37,608 nt of DNA from a virus. Of the stretch, positions 1 through 6,799 are shown piece after piece. The translations under genes were made by a program, and so were the position numbers. Every line of letters starts with the position of its first letter. The first letter of the stretch is position 1. The stretch is taken from the IMG/VR virus record IMGVR_UViG_3300045988_118543, positions 1 through 37,608 of that record; one strand, 5' to 3'. The notes under the pieces were generated by a model. It was not told the origin of the DNA. It made no database searches and saw nothing but the letters and a program-made list of their open reading frames with translations.

Positions 1-85
1 AAATAGGATAGAGGTATTTGGTATTAATGAAGATGGATCTAGGGAAAAGATTGATATATCTGAATTTATTTCAGCACAAAAAAAG
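1..85. repeat. Terminal direct repeat, left copy (85 bp, identical to 37524..37608)
   Basis: Base-by-base comparison shows nt 1-85 (aaataggatagagg...cagcacaaaaaaag) recur exactly as the last 85 nt. The window begins and ends exactly on the repeat. Confidence 0.95.
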
Positions 86-87
86 AA

Positions 88-116
88 CCTGCCCTCGTTA
101 GAAGGCAGGCTTTTTT
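88..116. terminator. Bidirectional intrinsic terminator downstream of the endolysin
   Basis: Stem cctgcc (88-93) / ggcagg (104-109) with a 10-nt loop. A T6 run follows at 111-116 on the + strand. On the - strand the same stem is followed by ttcttttttt (87..78). It lies about 60 nt past the endolysin stop. Confidence 0.7.
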
Positions 117-168
117 ACACAGTTAGTTTAAGTAGTTATTCAATTGTTGTTTTTAAGTGTTTCTGTCA

Positions 169-1665
169 CTATTTCTTTCCCAAAATTCGATTACCGATTT
201 CTGCCCAAACTTTTAAATATTCATTTAAGGCTTCTGTATCGAATTGAGGGAATGTTGGAATATCCGGTTTATCTTCTGGATCTTCCACTTCAATTGGTTT
301 TGATTTAAATACATCAAATTCTACATACATTACATCTTTATCAATTGGATTCGAAGTGTATTGATATAGGTCGCATAATTCGGAACGATCCGCATTTAGA
401 TTGCCATCATTTGAGATCCAAGCAGCGATCCATTTAGGATAGCCTGTTTCTTCGATATATGTTCCAAACCAACTCTCCGATGCGTAAATTCCTACATAAT
501 ATCCGCGCTCTTTGAAATATTCACAGAAGATTTTACAAGAACTGGTGCATCTATCTTTATTCATCACACCATTTTTGCCTTTGTAACCATCTACATCTTC
601 CATATCGAACCAGATACCAAGATCCGGCACGATATCATGTTCTTTTAATAAATTGTAAAGGAATCTAGCTTGTTCCAGTGCTTGCTCATCATTTAGCGCA
701 TAGTCATATAGATACACACCAAATGGAATGTTAGCTTTTCTACATTTTTCTACATTTTTTAAGAAGTATTTATCCTCATTCGTACCATATGCTGCACGAA
801 TGATTACAAATTCATACTTCGATACATCAAAGTCTCCTTGATGTTCCGAAATATCACAACCCCAATGTTTTACCTTTTCAGAGAAATCCGGTTTCTCCGG
901 TTCTTCATCCGGTCTTTCTGGATCAACCGGAACAGATGGATTCTCTTCCTTTACTTCACTAAAAGTTGCCCATTGATCATCACTGCCTTCAGCTGGTCTA
1001 GCTTCGGTAGGTGATACTGCTGCAAAGACACGAATGCTTGGGTCTTTGTCATATTTCCATGAGATATAACGATGCCCAAATCCAACTAATTTGTAATCAT
1101 ACTGTTGGACTTCTCCTTTATACATTGCGCCAAAAGCAGGACCAGTTGGACTATCACGATGCACTGTGATTGGAATATCGTTTCTAAAAGTAGCAACGCC
1201 AATTTCAGGTATCAGCATGCTTGGATCATAACTATCGGATGCACTTCCACCACCACTGAAACATTTAGGTCTGAAGGCAGTAGCGAATGTAGCACTGTAT
1301 GGAAGCCTTACGATGTTAAAAGCTCCACCAGCGCCTCCTTGGTTCTGGCCTAAGAAATTACCATATCCTCCACCTGCATCACTGTCAAAGATTGCAATAT
1401 GAGAATAAGGAGTCGCAGAACATTCAAAGAACACTGCAATGTCTCCTGGTTGCATCACGCTGACTTCATCGCAGAAATTCAAGATACCATTCGATGCACG
1501 ATTGTTCCAAATGTCTTTAACATAACCGGATGTTGAACAATGGATGCGACTGTATCCCAATCGTTCTAGATAGTACATTGCACCGTCCCAGCACTGGGCT
1601 CCATAATACCCATCTAGATCATAGGCACGTCCTAAGACTTGATTTTTAAAATCGATATAGTTCAT
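169..1665 (-). CDS. Endolysin with an N-terminal CHAP peptidase/amidase domain and a C-terminal GH25-type muramidase domain
   Basis: 498-aa ORF with RBS aggag 9 nt upstream of the ATG. CHAP-like motifs are DLDGYYGAQCWDG and HIAIF. GH25-like motifs are GCDISEHQG, FVIIRAAYG and FGVYLYDYA. It is the last gene of the lysis cassette, directly after the holin. Confidence 0.85.
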   Translation of the reverse strand: MNYIDFKNQVLGRAYDLDGYYGAQCWDGAMYYLERLGYSRIHCSTSGYVKDIWNNRASNGILNFCDEVSVMQPGDIAVFFECSATPYSHIAIFDSDAGGGYGNFLGQNQGGAGGAFNIVRLPYSATFATAFRPKCFSGGGSASDSYDPSMLIPEIGVATFRNDIPITVHRDSPTGPAFGAMYKGEVQQYDYKLVGFGHRYISWKYDKDPSIRVFAAVSPTEARPAEGSDDQWATFSEVKEENPSVPVDPERPDEEPEKPDFSEKVKHWGCDISEHQGDFDVSKYEFVIIRAAYGTNEDKYFLKNVEKCRKANIPFGVYLYDYALNDEQALEQARFLYNLLKEHDIVPDLGIWFDMEDVDGYKGKNGVMNKDRCTSSCKIFCEYFKERGYYVGIYASESWFGTYIEETGYPKWIAAWISNDGNLNADRSELCDLYQYTSNPIDKDVMYVEFDVFKSKPIEVEDPEDKPDIPTFPQFDTEALNEYLKVWAEIGNRILGKK

Positions 1666-1692
1666 ATTTTTAAACTCCTAAGTAAAGAGCGA

Positions 1693-2157
1693 TTACTCGC
1701 TCTCATTTTCTTTATTAATCAATTTATCAGCCACTTCTAGTCCATTCTGCAGGATCATTGGCACATTGAATCCGGCCTCTACAAAATTCTCAACGATTGA
1801 ACGTGCTTCATTCACAATTAATGAAGCCAGGACAAACCATCCAAGTACCGTAGTGACCTGAAGATCAATACCAATCGTAGAACCTACTTCAATCAGACAC
1901 GCTGCAATACCGAAGCCAAAGGCGATCATCAACCAGTATCCTAATTTTTTAAGAACTCCCTGCCAGCCTTTGACACTATTCTCTTTTCCGGCCATTCTTG
2001 ATTTCATCCAACCAGTGATCCAGTCGATGACGTTTAGAACCAAGAAAAAAGCGAACAAAAACCAATGTTCACCGAAAATCATCGTTAAGAATGCAATAAT
2101 CGCTCCTAAAAGTGAATTATATGCGTCCATAAAATCAAACATCTTCATTTTTTTCAT
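1693..2157 (-). CDS. Holin (phage_holin_4_1 / TcdE-like family)
   Basis: Hydrophobic protein with three predicted TM segments. Motifs LNVIDWITG and NEARSIVEN are typical of this holin family. It sits immediately upstream of the endolysin. The start is uncertain: the ORF track starts at GTG 2166, and in-frame ATGs occur at 2157, 2148 and 2142. Confidence 0.8.
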   Translation of the reverse strand: MKKMKMFDFMDAYNSLLGAIIAFLTMIFGEHWFLFAFFLVLNVIDWITGWMKSRMAGKENSVKGWQGVLKKLGYWLMIAFGFGIAACLIEVGSTIGIDLQVTTVLGWFVLASLIVNEARSIVENFVEAGFNVPMILQNGLEVADKLINKENESE

Positions 2158-2171
2158 TAACCTCACTCTTT

Positions 2172-2921
2172 CTATTCAGCTTTTTGAAGATAACGTGGGA
2201 CGGATTCGCATGATGCGTATAGAGGCTGTCCACTATCTTCTAAACATAGGTATAAGACTCCATTTTCTGTATAATATTTATCTTTATATACGCACATCAA
2301 TTGTGAATATGGAATAGGATCTTCTTTGGTTCCAGCATGTGAACTTTCAATTCTCTGATATAGTGCTGCAGTGTTGATTCCAGGTTCTTGCCCTTCTAAA
2401 ACAACCGGAATTTCTTGTCTTGATTCCCATGCCTCTTTATTGAATTGGAATCTTTGGTTAGCTTCCATCTTTCCACCAATGAATTCTTTCCATTCAGTCA
2501 ATACAGATACACATTGTAAGATTTGATCATTTGTCATCAAAGGAATTGCATATGCAATGGCAAATGCCTGTTCTTGTGTTAAGCCACCTTCCGGTTCTTC
2601 TCCTTCTGGTTTGGATAAAGTAATGCGATAAATAGTTTTATCTTGTTTATCTACCTTATAACCAAATTCATCAATAATGGTATAACCAGTATAAGAATCA
2701 TCACCATACACGATAGGATTCTTGTTTGCTTCGAACGCATTTTGAATAACATCGATTTCAGATTCACAAACAAATGTGATGTTTAGATTATCATTGATTT
2801 CCTGGATCAATTCATTGCAAAGTGTGATATCTAGATCACCGATTTTGATGTTTTTTGAAGGTTCTTCATAGATAGGATCATCATTATAGATCTCTTCATT
2901 GTTCTTAACTTCTTCACTCAT
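2172..2921 (-). CDS. Hypothetical protein with an acidic N-terminus, located between the tail-fibre region and the holin
   Basis: 249-aa ORF with RBS aaagaggtaag upstream of the ATG. No confident family recognised. The C-terminal segment YKDKYYTENGVLYLCLEDSG faintly resembles small carbohydrate-binding modules. Confidence 0.6.
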   Translation of the reverse strand: MSEEVKNNEEIYNDDPIYEEPSKNIKIGDLDITLCNELIQEINDNLNITFVCESEIDVIQNAFEANKNPIVYGDDSYTGYTIIDEFGYKVDKQDKTIYRITLSKPEGEEPEGGLTQEQAFAIAYAIPLMTNDQILQCVSVLTEWKEFIGGKMEANQRFQFNKEAWESRQEIPVVLEGQEPGINTAALYQRIESSHAGTKEDPIPYSQLMCVYKDKYYTENGVLYLCLEDSGQPLYASCESVPRYLQKAE

Positions 2922-2947
2922 ATTCTTACCTCTTTCTATAAAATAAA

Positions 2948-2973
2948 AGCATGAAAGGAAGTGCTCTCATGCT
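2948..2973. promoter_or_regulatory. Hairpin spanning the recombinase translation-initiation region
   Basis: 7-bp stem agcatga (2948-2954) / tcatgct (2967-2973). The 12-nt loop aaggaagtgctc contains the recombinase SD. On the - strand the hairpin is followed by tttatttta, which is terminator-like. Confidence 0.45.
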
Positions 2974-3865
2974 ATATAAAGATTTAGTTTTAGACTGGTT
3001 GAAAAACCAAAAAATTTATCTGAAATATTCTACATTTACAAACTACTGTAATATCTCGCATAACCAAATCATTCCTAATCTAGGTGATTATGAAGTAGAT
3101 CAATTGAATAATGATATACTTCAAGAATTCATTTTGAATCGATTAAAGCAAGGTCGATGCGATGGAAAAGGAGGTATTTCTCAAAAATACGCTCAAGATA
3201 TTATTGCTGTATTAAAACTTACTTTAGGAAAAGAAGTAGAAATACAGCTTCCTTATTCTCCGCCTAAGGAGGTAGAAATTTTTGAAAAATCAGATCAAGT
3301 AGCATTGATTAATTCCCTCCAATCTAAAATAACAAATAAAAACTTTGGTATTCTTCTGACTATTCATACAGGGCTAAGAATTGGTGAACTCTGTGCTCTT
3401 AAATGGTCAGACATTAATTTTGATACACAACTTCTACACATCAATAAAACAATTATACGAACATACACAAAGGAAGATGGTTCCAAGTTAAATATCACAG
3501 CACCTAAGACACGTTCCAGCATTCGCACGATTCCTTTAAATAAGTGGATCATGCAATACGCTGTACTCCTCCGTGGATTAGATAATGAATATATCGTTAC
3601 AGGAAAAGAAAAATATATAGAACCGAATAAATATAGGTTGTACTACAATCGACAACTCAAAGATTTAGATTTACCACATCGTAAATTTCATTCTTTAAGG
3701 CATACATTTGCGACACGATGTATCGAGTGTGGTTGTGATTATAAGAGTTTGTCTGAACTCTTAGGGCATTCAAACGTATCAATTACAATGAATTTATACG
3801 TTCATCCACAACTTGAATTGAAACGTAAATGTGTTGAACTGCTAGCAGATTACTATGAGCATTAG
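2969..3865 (+). CDS. Tyrosine site-specific recombinase (XerC/D- or Rci-like), candidate tail-fibre shufflon invertase
   Basis: ORF track gives 2951..3865, but the ATG at 2969 lies 8 nt after AAGGAAG. Catalytic signature is complete: R in TGLRIGELCAL, K in KTRSSIRTIPL, HSLRH (H-x-x-R), and LGHSNVSITMNLYVH (H...Y). It also has an N-terminal SAM-like domain. This is a plus-strand gene embedded in the minus-strand tail-fibre module. Confidence 0.85.
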   Translation: MLYKDLVLDWLKNQKIYLKYSTFTNYCNISHNQIIPNLGDYEVDQLNNDILQEFILNRLKQGRCDGKGGISQKYAQDIIAVLKLTLGKEVEIQLPYSPPKEVEIFEKSDQVALINSLQSKITNKNFGILLTIHTGLRIGELCALKWSDINFDTQLLHINKTIIRTYTKEDGSKLNITAPKTRSSIRTIPLNKWIMQYAVLLRGLDNEYIVTGKEKYIEPNKYRLYYNRQLKDLDLPHRKFHSLRHTFATRCIECGCDYKSLSELLGHSNVSITMNLYVHPQLELKRKCVELLADYYEH

Positions 3866-4115
3866 TATGTCCTTTACGTCTGGAGCAGAAGGTGGAAATT
3901 ATTTAATTAAATTATTGGAATCTCAATTGCCACAGCACACACATACAGGTATGGGTGGACCTTTAATGATTGCCGGTGCTGGAGATAGATCACAAATTGG
4001 ATCAGGAACAAACGCCACTTATGGGACAACCAATGGTGGAGAAAACTGTAACAACGATGCTATAAACATTCAAAATCCTTATATCGTTGTTAACATATGG
4101 AAGAGAATTAGCTAA
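3855..4115 (+). CDS. Silent alternative tail-fibre C-terminal cassette A (promoterless gene segment)
   Basis: The reading frame continues from the core (MSFT|SGAEGGNY...LPQHTHTG...NIWKRIS). It is homologous at both ends to the C-terminal part of the 4398..4892 protein, and LPQHTHT is tail-collar-like. It has no SD of its own and starts inside the recombinase 3' end. Confidence 0.7.
   Translation: MSISMSFTSGAEGGNYLIKLLESQLPQHTHTGMGGPLMIAGAGDRSQIGSGTNATYGTTNGGENCNNDAINIQNPYIVVNIWKRIS
3864..3877 (+). repeat. Recombination core site A (agtatgtcctttac), + orientation
   Basis: The same 13-nt core gtatgtcctttac occurs at 4385..4397 and 4693..4705 on the opposite strand. Site A begins inside the recombinase stop codon. 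Confidence 0.8.
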
Positions 4116-4125
4116 CTCTCTTCCA
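4098..4125. repeat. 28-bp near-perfect palindrome at the convergent ends of cassettes A and B
   Basis: Sequence is tggaagaga-a-ttagctaa-c-tctcttcca. Both cassettes end with WKR(I/V)S-stop, and their stop codons overlap here. Confidence 0.85.
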
Positions 4126-4395
4126 CATATAAACTGAAAAATAAGGAATAATGTTATCAGCTATTTTTGTTTTACCATATGAAACATAAACATCAGCATT
4201 TGTTGTTTCTTTTTCATGAGATGTTTTACTAAAAGTCTCTGAAACTTGATAACCTGCATTAGTTGGATTCGCCCAATCATCACCATTCTGCACAAGAATT
4301 TTAGATCCGATTAAACCGTAATACTCTCTAAATTGTAGTCCATAATCATGATGATGCTTATATTTACCACCTGTTGAACCGGTAGTAAAGGACAT
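4108..4395 (-). CDS. Alternative tail-fibre C-terminal cassette B
   Basis: Starts at the ATG inside core site B (MSFT|TGSTGGKYKHHH...YMWKRVS), 2 nt after the stop of the expressed gene. It is homologous to the variable part of the 4398..4892 protein. No obvious SD. Confidence 0.7.
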   Translation of the reverse strand: MSFTTGSTGGKYKHHHDYGLQFREYYGLIGSKILVQNGDDWANPTNAGYQVSETFSKTSHEKETTNADVYVSYGKTKIADNIIPYFSVYMWKRVS

Positions 4396-4397
4396 AC
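4385..4397 (-). repeat. Recombination core site B (gtatgtcctttac), - orientation
   Basis: Exact 13-nt core match to sites A and C. It directly follows the TAG stop of the 4398..4892 gene. Confidence 0.8.
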
Positions 4398-4892
4398 CTA
4401 AGCGGTACGTCTAAACATATATACACCAATGCCAGGCATGATATTATCTGTATTTTCAGTTTTGCCAGATATCCCAATTTGAGATGCATTTGTTTCACTA
4501 TCAGTTCGATCGTTCATTGACTGTAAATCTGATGATCCAATATAGAGTCGCATGTTCTCGGGATAATTTGTTCCATTATTGATTTCTCGATAATCCATAT
4601 ACATTCGGTTGCCGCTTACGAAATGGTTCCAATCCGCACCAAGAGTTCCTGGATTGTGTTGATGCTTGTATTTTCCATACGTTCCTAGAGAAGTAAAGGA
4701 CATACTTGTAGTACCATCATCTCCTTGACCGGCGCCAATCAAAACTCGACCAGGAGCAAACGCTTCCCAAGTACCACCAAACAAGGTTCCTGGATTCGTT
4801 GAAGCGGTGCTAATATAAATAGAGCCGACCGGATATACCAGGTCGACCAGTTGACGTATTTTTCCTTTCGATTTAAATCTGAATAAAGACAT
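4398..4892 (-). CDS. Tail-fibre tip / receptor-binding protein (tail-collar-like): constant N-terminus plus currently expressed cassette C
   Basis: 164-aa [27 protein letters not shown] resembles phage tail-collar/baseplate fibre proteins. Core site C lies in frame at residues 64-67 (MSFT). The C-terminus YMFRRTA parallels cassettes A and B. Confidence 0.8.
   Translation of the reverse strand: MSLFRFKSKGKIRQLVDLVYPVGSIYISTASTNPGTLFGGTWEAFAPGRVLIGAGQGDDGTTSMSFTSLGTYGKYKHQHNPGTLGADWNHFVSGNRMYMDYREINNGTNYPENMRLYIGSSDLQSMNDRTDSETNASQIGISGKTENTDNIMPGIGVYMFRRTA
4693..4706 (-). repeat. Recombination core site C (agtatgtcctttac), - orientation, inside the expressed gene
   Basis: Exact core. Its flanks form a 7-bp imperfect dyad, ACAAGTA-TGTCCTT-TACTTCT. 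Confidence 0.8.
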
Positions 4893-4908
4893 AATAATAC
4901 TTTACCTC

Positions 4909-5301
4909 CTATTGTTCAGTCATAGCTGCATCATTACCAGCTAACAATGACGTGATTTTGTCATTTAATTCTTTTCCTTTCGCCGCAGTCAAAGCGGATG
5001 TTGTACTTGTTGATGTCAAATTATCAGTAAGAGGGGGCTGTGGTCCAGTGTCTCCCTTATCACCTTTAGCCCCCGTCAAACCTTTGCTTCCATTTTTGAC
5101 ATTAAACGTTTGCTTAACACCATTTGATAGAGTAACAGTAATCACGTTTGTTCCAGAATCAGCAGATGATTCTGTTGTTTGCTCAATGCTTGTAACAGAT
5201 ACCCCATCAGCACCTTTAGCGCCAGGATCTCCTTTTGGCCCCTGAACACCTTGATTCCCTTGCGGACCCATCACGTTGCCAAGATCAACTCGTCTTGCCA
5301 T
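4909..5301 (-). CDS. Collagen-like (Gly-X-Y repeat) tail-fibre protein
   Basis: GPQGNQGVQGPKGDPGAKGADG and GAKGDKGDTGP triplet repeats. The N-terminus MARRVDLG is shared with the next gene. Confidence 0.75.
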   Translation of the reverse strand: MARRVDLGNVMGPQGNQGVQGPKGDPGAKGADGVSVTSIEQTTESSADSGTNVITVTLSNGVKQTFNVKNGSKGLTGAKGDKGDTGPQPPLTDNLTSTSTTSALTAAKGKELNDKITSLLAGNDAAMTEQ

Positions 5302-5311
5302 GATGCCACCT

Positions 5312-5893
5312 CTATTCTTGGTATGTTGCGATTAAGTGACCGTCCTCTATGCTCAACTCTGGAGTGACACCATCTTTACCAGCTGGCCCCTGTGGACCTT
5401 GTGGACCTTGCTCACCCTGATCTCCTTTAGGCCCTTGCTGACCTGGAGCACCTGTAGATCCAGTTTCACCTTTAGGCCCCTGAAGTCCTTGATCACCTTT
5501 CTCACCTTTTTCTCCTTGAGGTCCTTGTTCGCCTTGATCACCTTTATCTCCTTTAGGACCTTTGATATTTCCAGCATTTTTAAATTTTCCATTTGTTGAA
5601 TCTCCGCCAGAACCGACATAAACCCACAAAGTACCTGAATTATCTAAGTATGCATCTCCTGCTGTACCAGTTCCTGGTAATTCAGATTCATCAACTACAG
5701 AACCTTTGATATTTACTCCAGTTCCATCCTCGCCAGCTGGACCCTGTACACCTTGTACGCCTTGAGGGCCTTGATCTCCCTGATCACCTTTTTCTCCACG
5801 AGACGGTTTCAATAAGTCTGTTTCTCCTATGAACCAGTTCCCATTAACTCCAATGCTTGGAACAATACATCCTAAGTCTACTTCTCTTGCCAT
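5312..5893 (-). CDS. Collagen-like (Gly-X-Y repeat) tail-fibre protein
   Basis: Two long G-X-Y tracts (GEKGDQGDQGPQG... and GPKGDKGDQGEQGPQGEKG...). The ATG at 5893 is preceded by aggagg at 9-nt spacing. The ORF track start at 5926 is over-extended. Confidence 0.8.
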   Translation of the reverse strand: MAREVDLGCIVPSIGVNGNWFIGETDLLKPSRGEKGDQGDQGPQGVQGVQGPAGEDGTGVNIKGSVVDESELPGTGTAGDAYLDNSGTLWVYVGSGGDSTNGKFKNAGNIKGPKGDKGDQGEQGPQGEKGEKGDQGLQGPKGETGSTGAPGQQGPKGDQGEQGPQGPQGPAGKDGVTPELSIEDGHLIATYQE

Positions 5894-5906
5894 AAAATCA
5901 ATCCTC

Positions 5907-6485
5907 CTATTCTTCGTACTTAACAATTAAATGGCCTTTTTCATTTACATAAAAAGACGGTGCTCCTGCGCCGCCCATTGCTTTAATTTCATCTAGTTCT
6001 TGTAATATTTGATTAATTATATCTGGATATGTCTCTTCAAAAGACTCATCTGGTTCCAATCCTTCAAGAACCTGAGAACGAGCAACCGTGGTATTCCATT
6101 CATTCGTTACATCATCTTCAATCGATTTTTTTGCACATACGATGAAACGGACTATTCCACGTGCTTTTGCAACTTTTCTACTTATCAACCAGCTAAATGT
6201 GATATAGTCACCATCTGCTTTCATATCCTCACAATAATAACGGTCTTTTTCTCCTGCTGCATTTTCATAATTTACAAAGATAAAGAGTTCTGATAGATCG
6301 ATATTATCGCCAACAATTTTGGGACATTTGAAATATACTCTTTCTACATCTTCATCTGATTCAACCCCCAATGTTGAATATGTGTCTGGAACAAAAATCT
6401 CTCTAGTTTCAGGATCAATGTCACAATATTGAACTTCTTGAGATAATGCATCAAACGCCTGTAAGGCTTCTTTTAATGTTTCCAT
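5907..6485 (-). CDS. Tail-fibre/baseplate-associated protein (hypothetical)
   Basis: 192-aa ORF in the fibre module. Its C-terminal motif GHLIVKYEE resembles the C-terminus GHLIATYQE of the 5312..5893 protein. Confidence 0.55.
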   Translation of the reverse strand: METLKEALQAFDALSQEVQYCDIDPETREIFVPDTYSTLGVESDEDVERVYFKCPKIVGDNIDLSELFIFVNYENAAGEKDRYYCEDMKADGDYITFSWLISRKVAKARGIVRFIVCAKKSIEDDVTNEWNTTVARSQVLEGLEPDESFEETYPDIINQILQELDEIKAMGGAGAPSFYVNEKGHLIVKYEE

Positions 6486-6799
6486 TGCATCCTCACCTGC
6501 CTAACGTAGATCTGATTGGTTTCGAACTTTTCTTCACCTTCAACAAAAGTGATAAAGAAATTAATCACATTGCTTTGTGCGATTGAATCCGGAACAAAGC
6601 ATCTGTCATTTATGATTGGAACATATTCGATGGCTTTCTCTTTGATAAAGCAAGCCACCTTACGATAATTCTGTAGATCCTCGTCAAAAGAAAAACAACA
6701 ACACAAGTATTTTTTCGAACCTTGAATGATATTTTGAAAATCACATGATGGATCTTTTTCTAGTTTCTGCTGATTCACTTTAAATTTAAGCACTCTCAT
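6473..6799 (-). CDS. Hypothetical structural-module protein
   Basis: The ATG at 6799 is preceded by ggagg at 6-nt spacing. The ORF track start at 6820 is over-extended. Confidence 0.5.
   Translation of the reverse strand: MRVLKFKVNQQKLEKDPSCDFQNIIQGSKKYLCCCFSFDEDLQNYRKVACFIKEKAIEYVPIINDRCFVPDSIAQSNVINFFITFVEGEEKFETNQIYVRQVRMQWKH

Larger units (their letters stand above)
3864..4706. mobile_element. Invertible multi-cassette segment (shufflon-like) bounded by sites A and C, with internal site B
   Basis: There are three copies of the core. Site A is inverted relative to B and C. Cassettes A and B are convergent, and a recombinase gene is adjacent. Confidence 0.7.

Noticed and set aside
1105-1353. 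82-aa plus-strand ORF inside the endolysin gene. Similar antisense ORFs occur at 1970..2317, 4952..5245, 6009..6293, 10338..10892, 12226..12735, 12927..13337, 22180..22713, 26574..27083, 29281..29529 and 31336..31638.
   Set aside because: All lie entirely within longer minus-strand genes that have clear family motifs and RBSs. Their translations are low-complexity, or Cys/Ser/Leu/Phe-rich, with no SD. They are shadow ORFs.
5336-5619. Two extra ORFs (5336..5599 plus strand, 5353..5619 minus strand) overlapping the collagen-like gene.
   Set aside because: They are alternative-frame readings of the Gly-X-Y triplet-repeat DNA, which stays open in several frames because of its periodic composition. 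The G-X-Y frame has the RBS and a sensible N-terminus.
4909-5926. Possibility of a diversity-generating retroelement targeting the fibre genes.
   Set aside because: No reverse transcriptase ORF and no template/variable repeat pair were seen anywhere in the window. Variation in the fibre tip is explained by the recombinase and cassette system instead.
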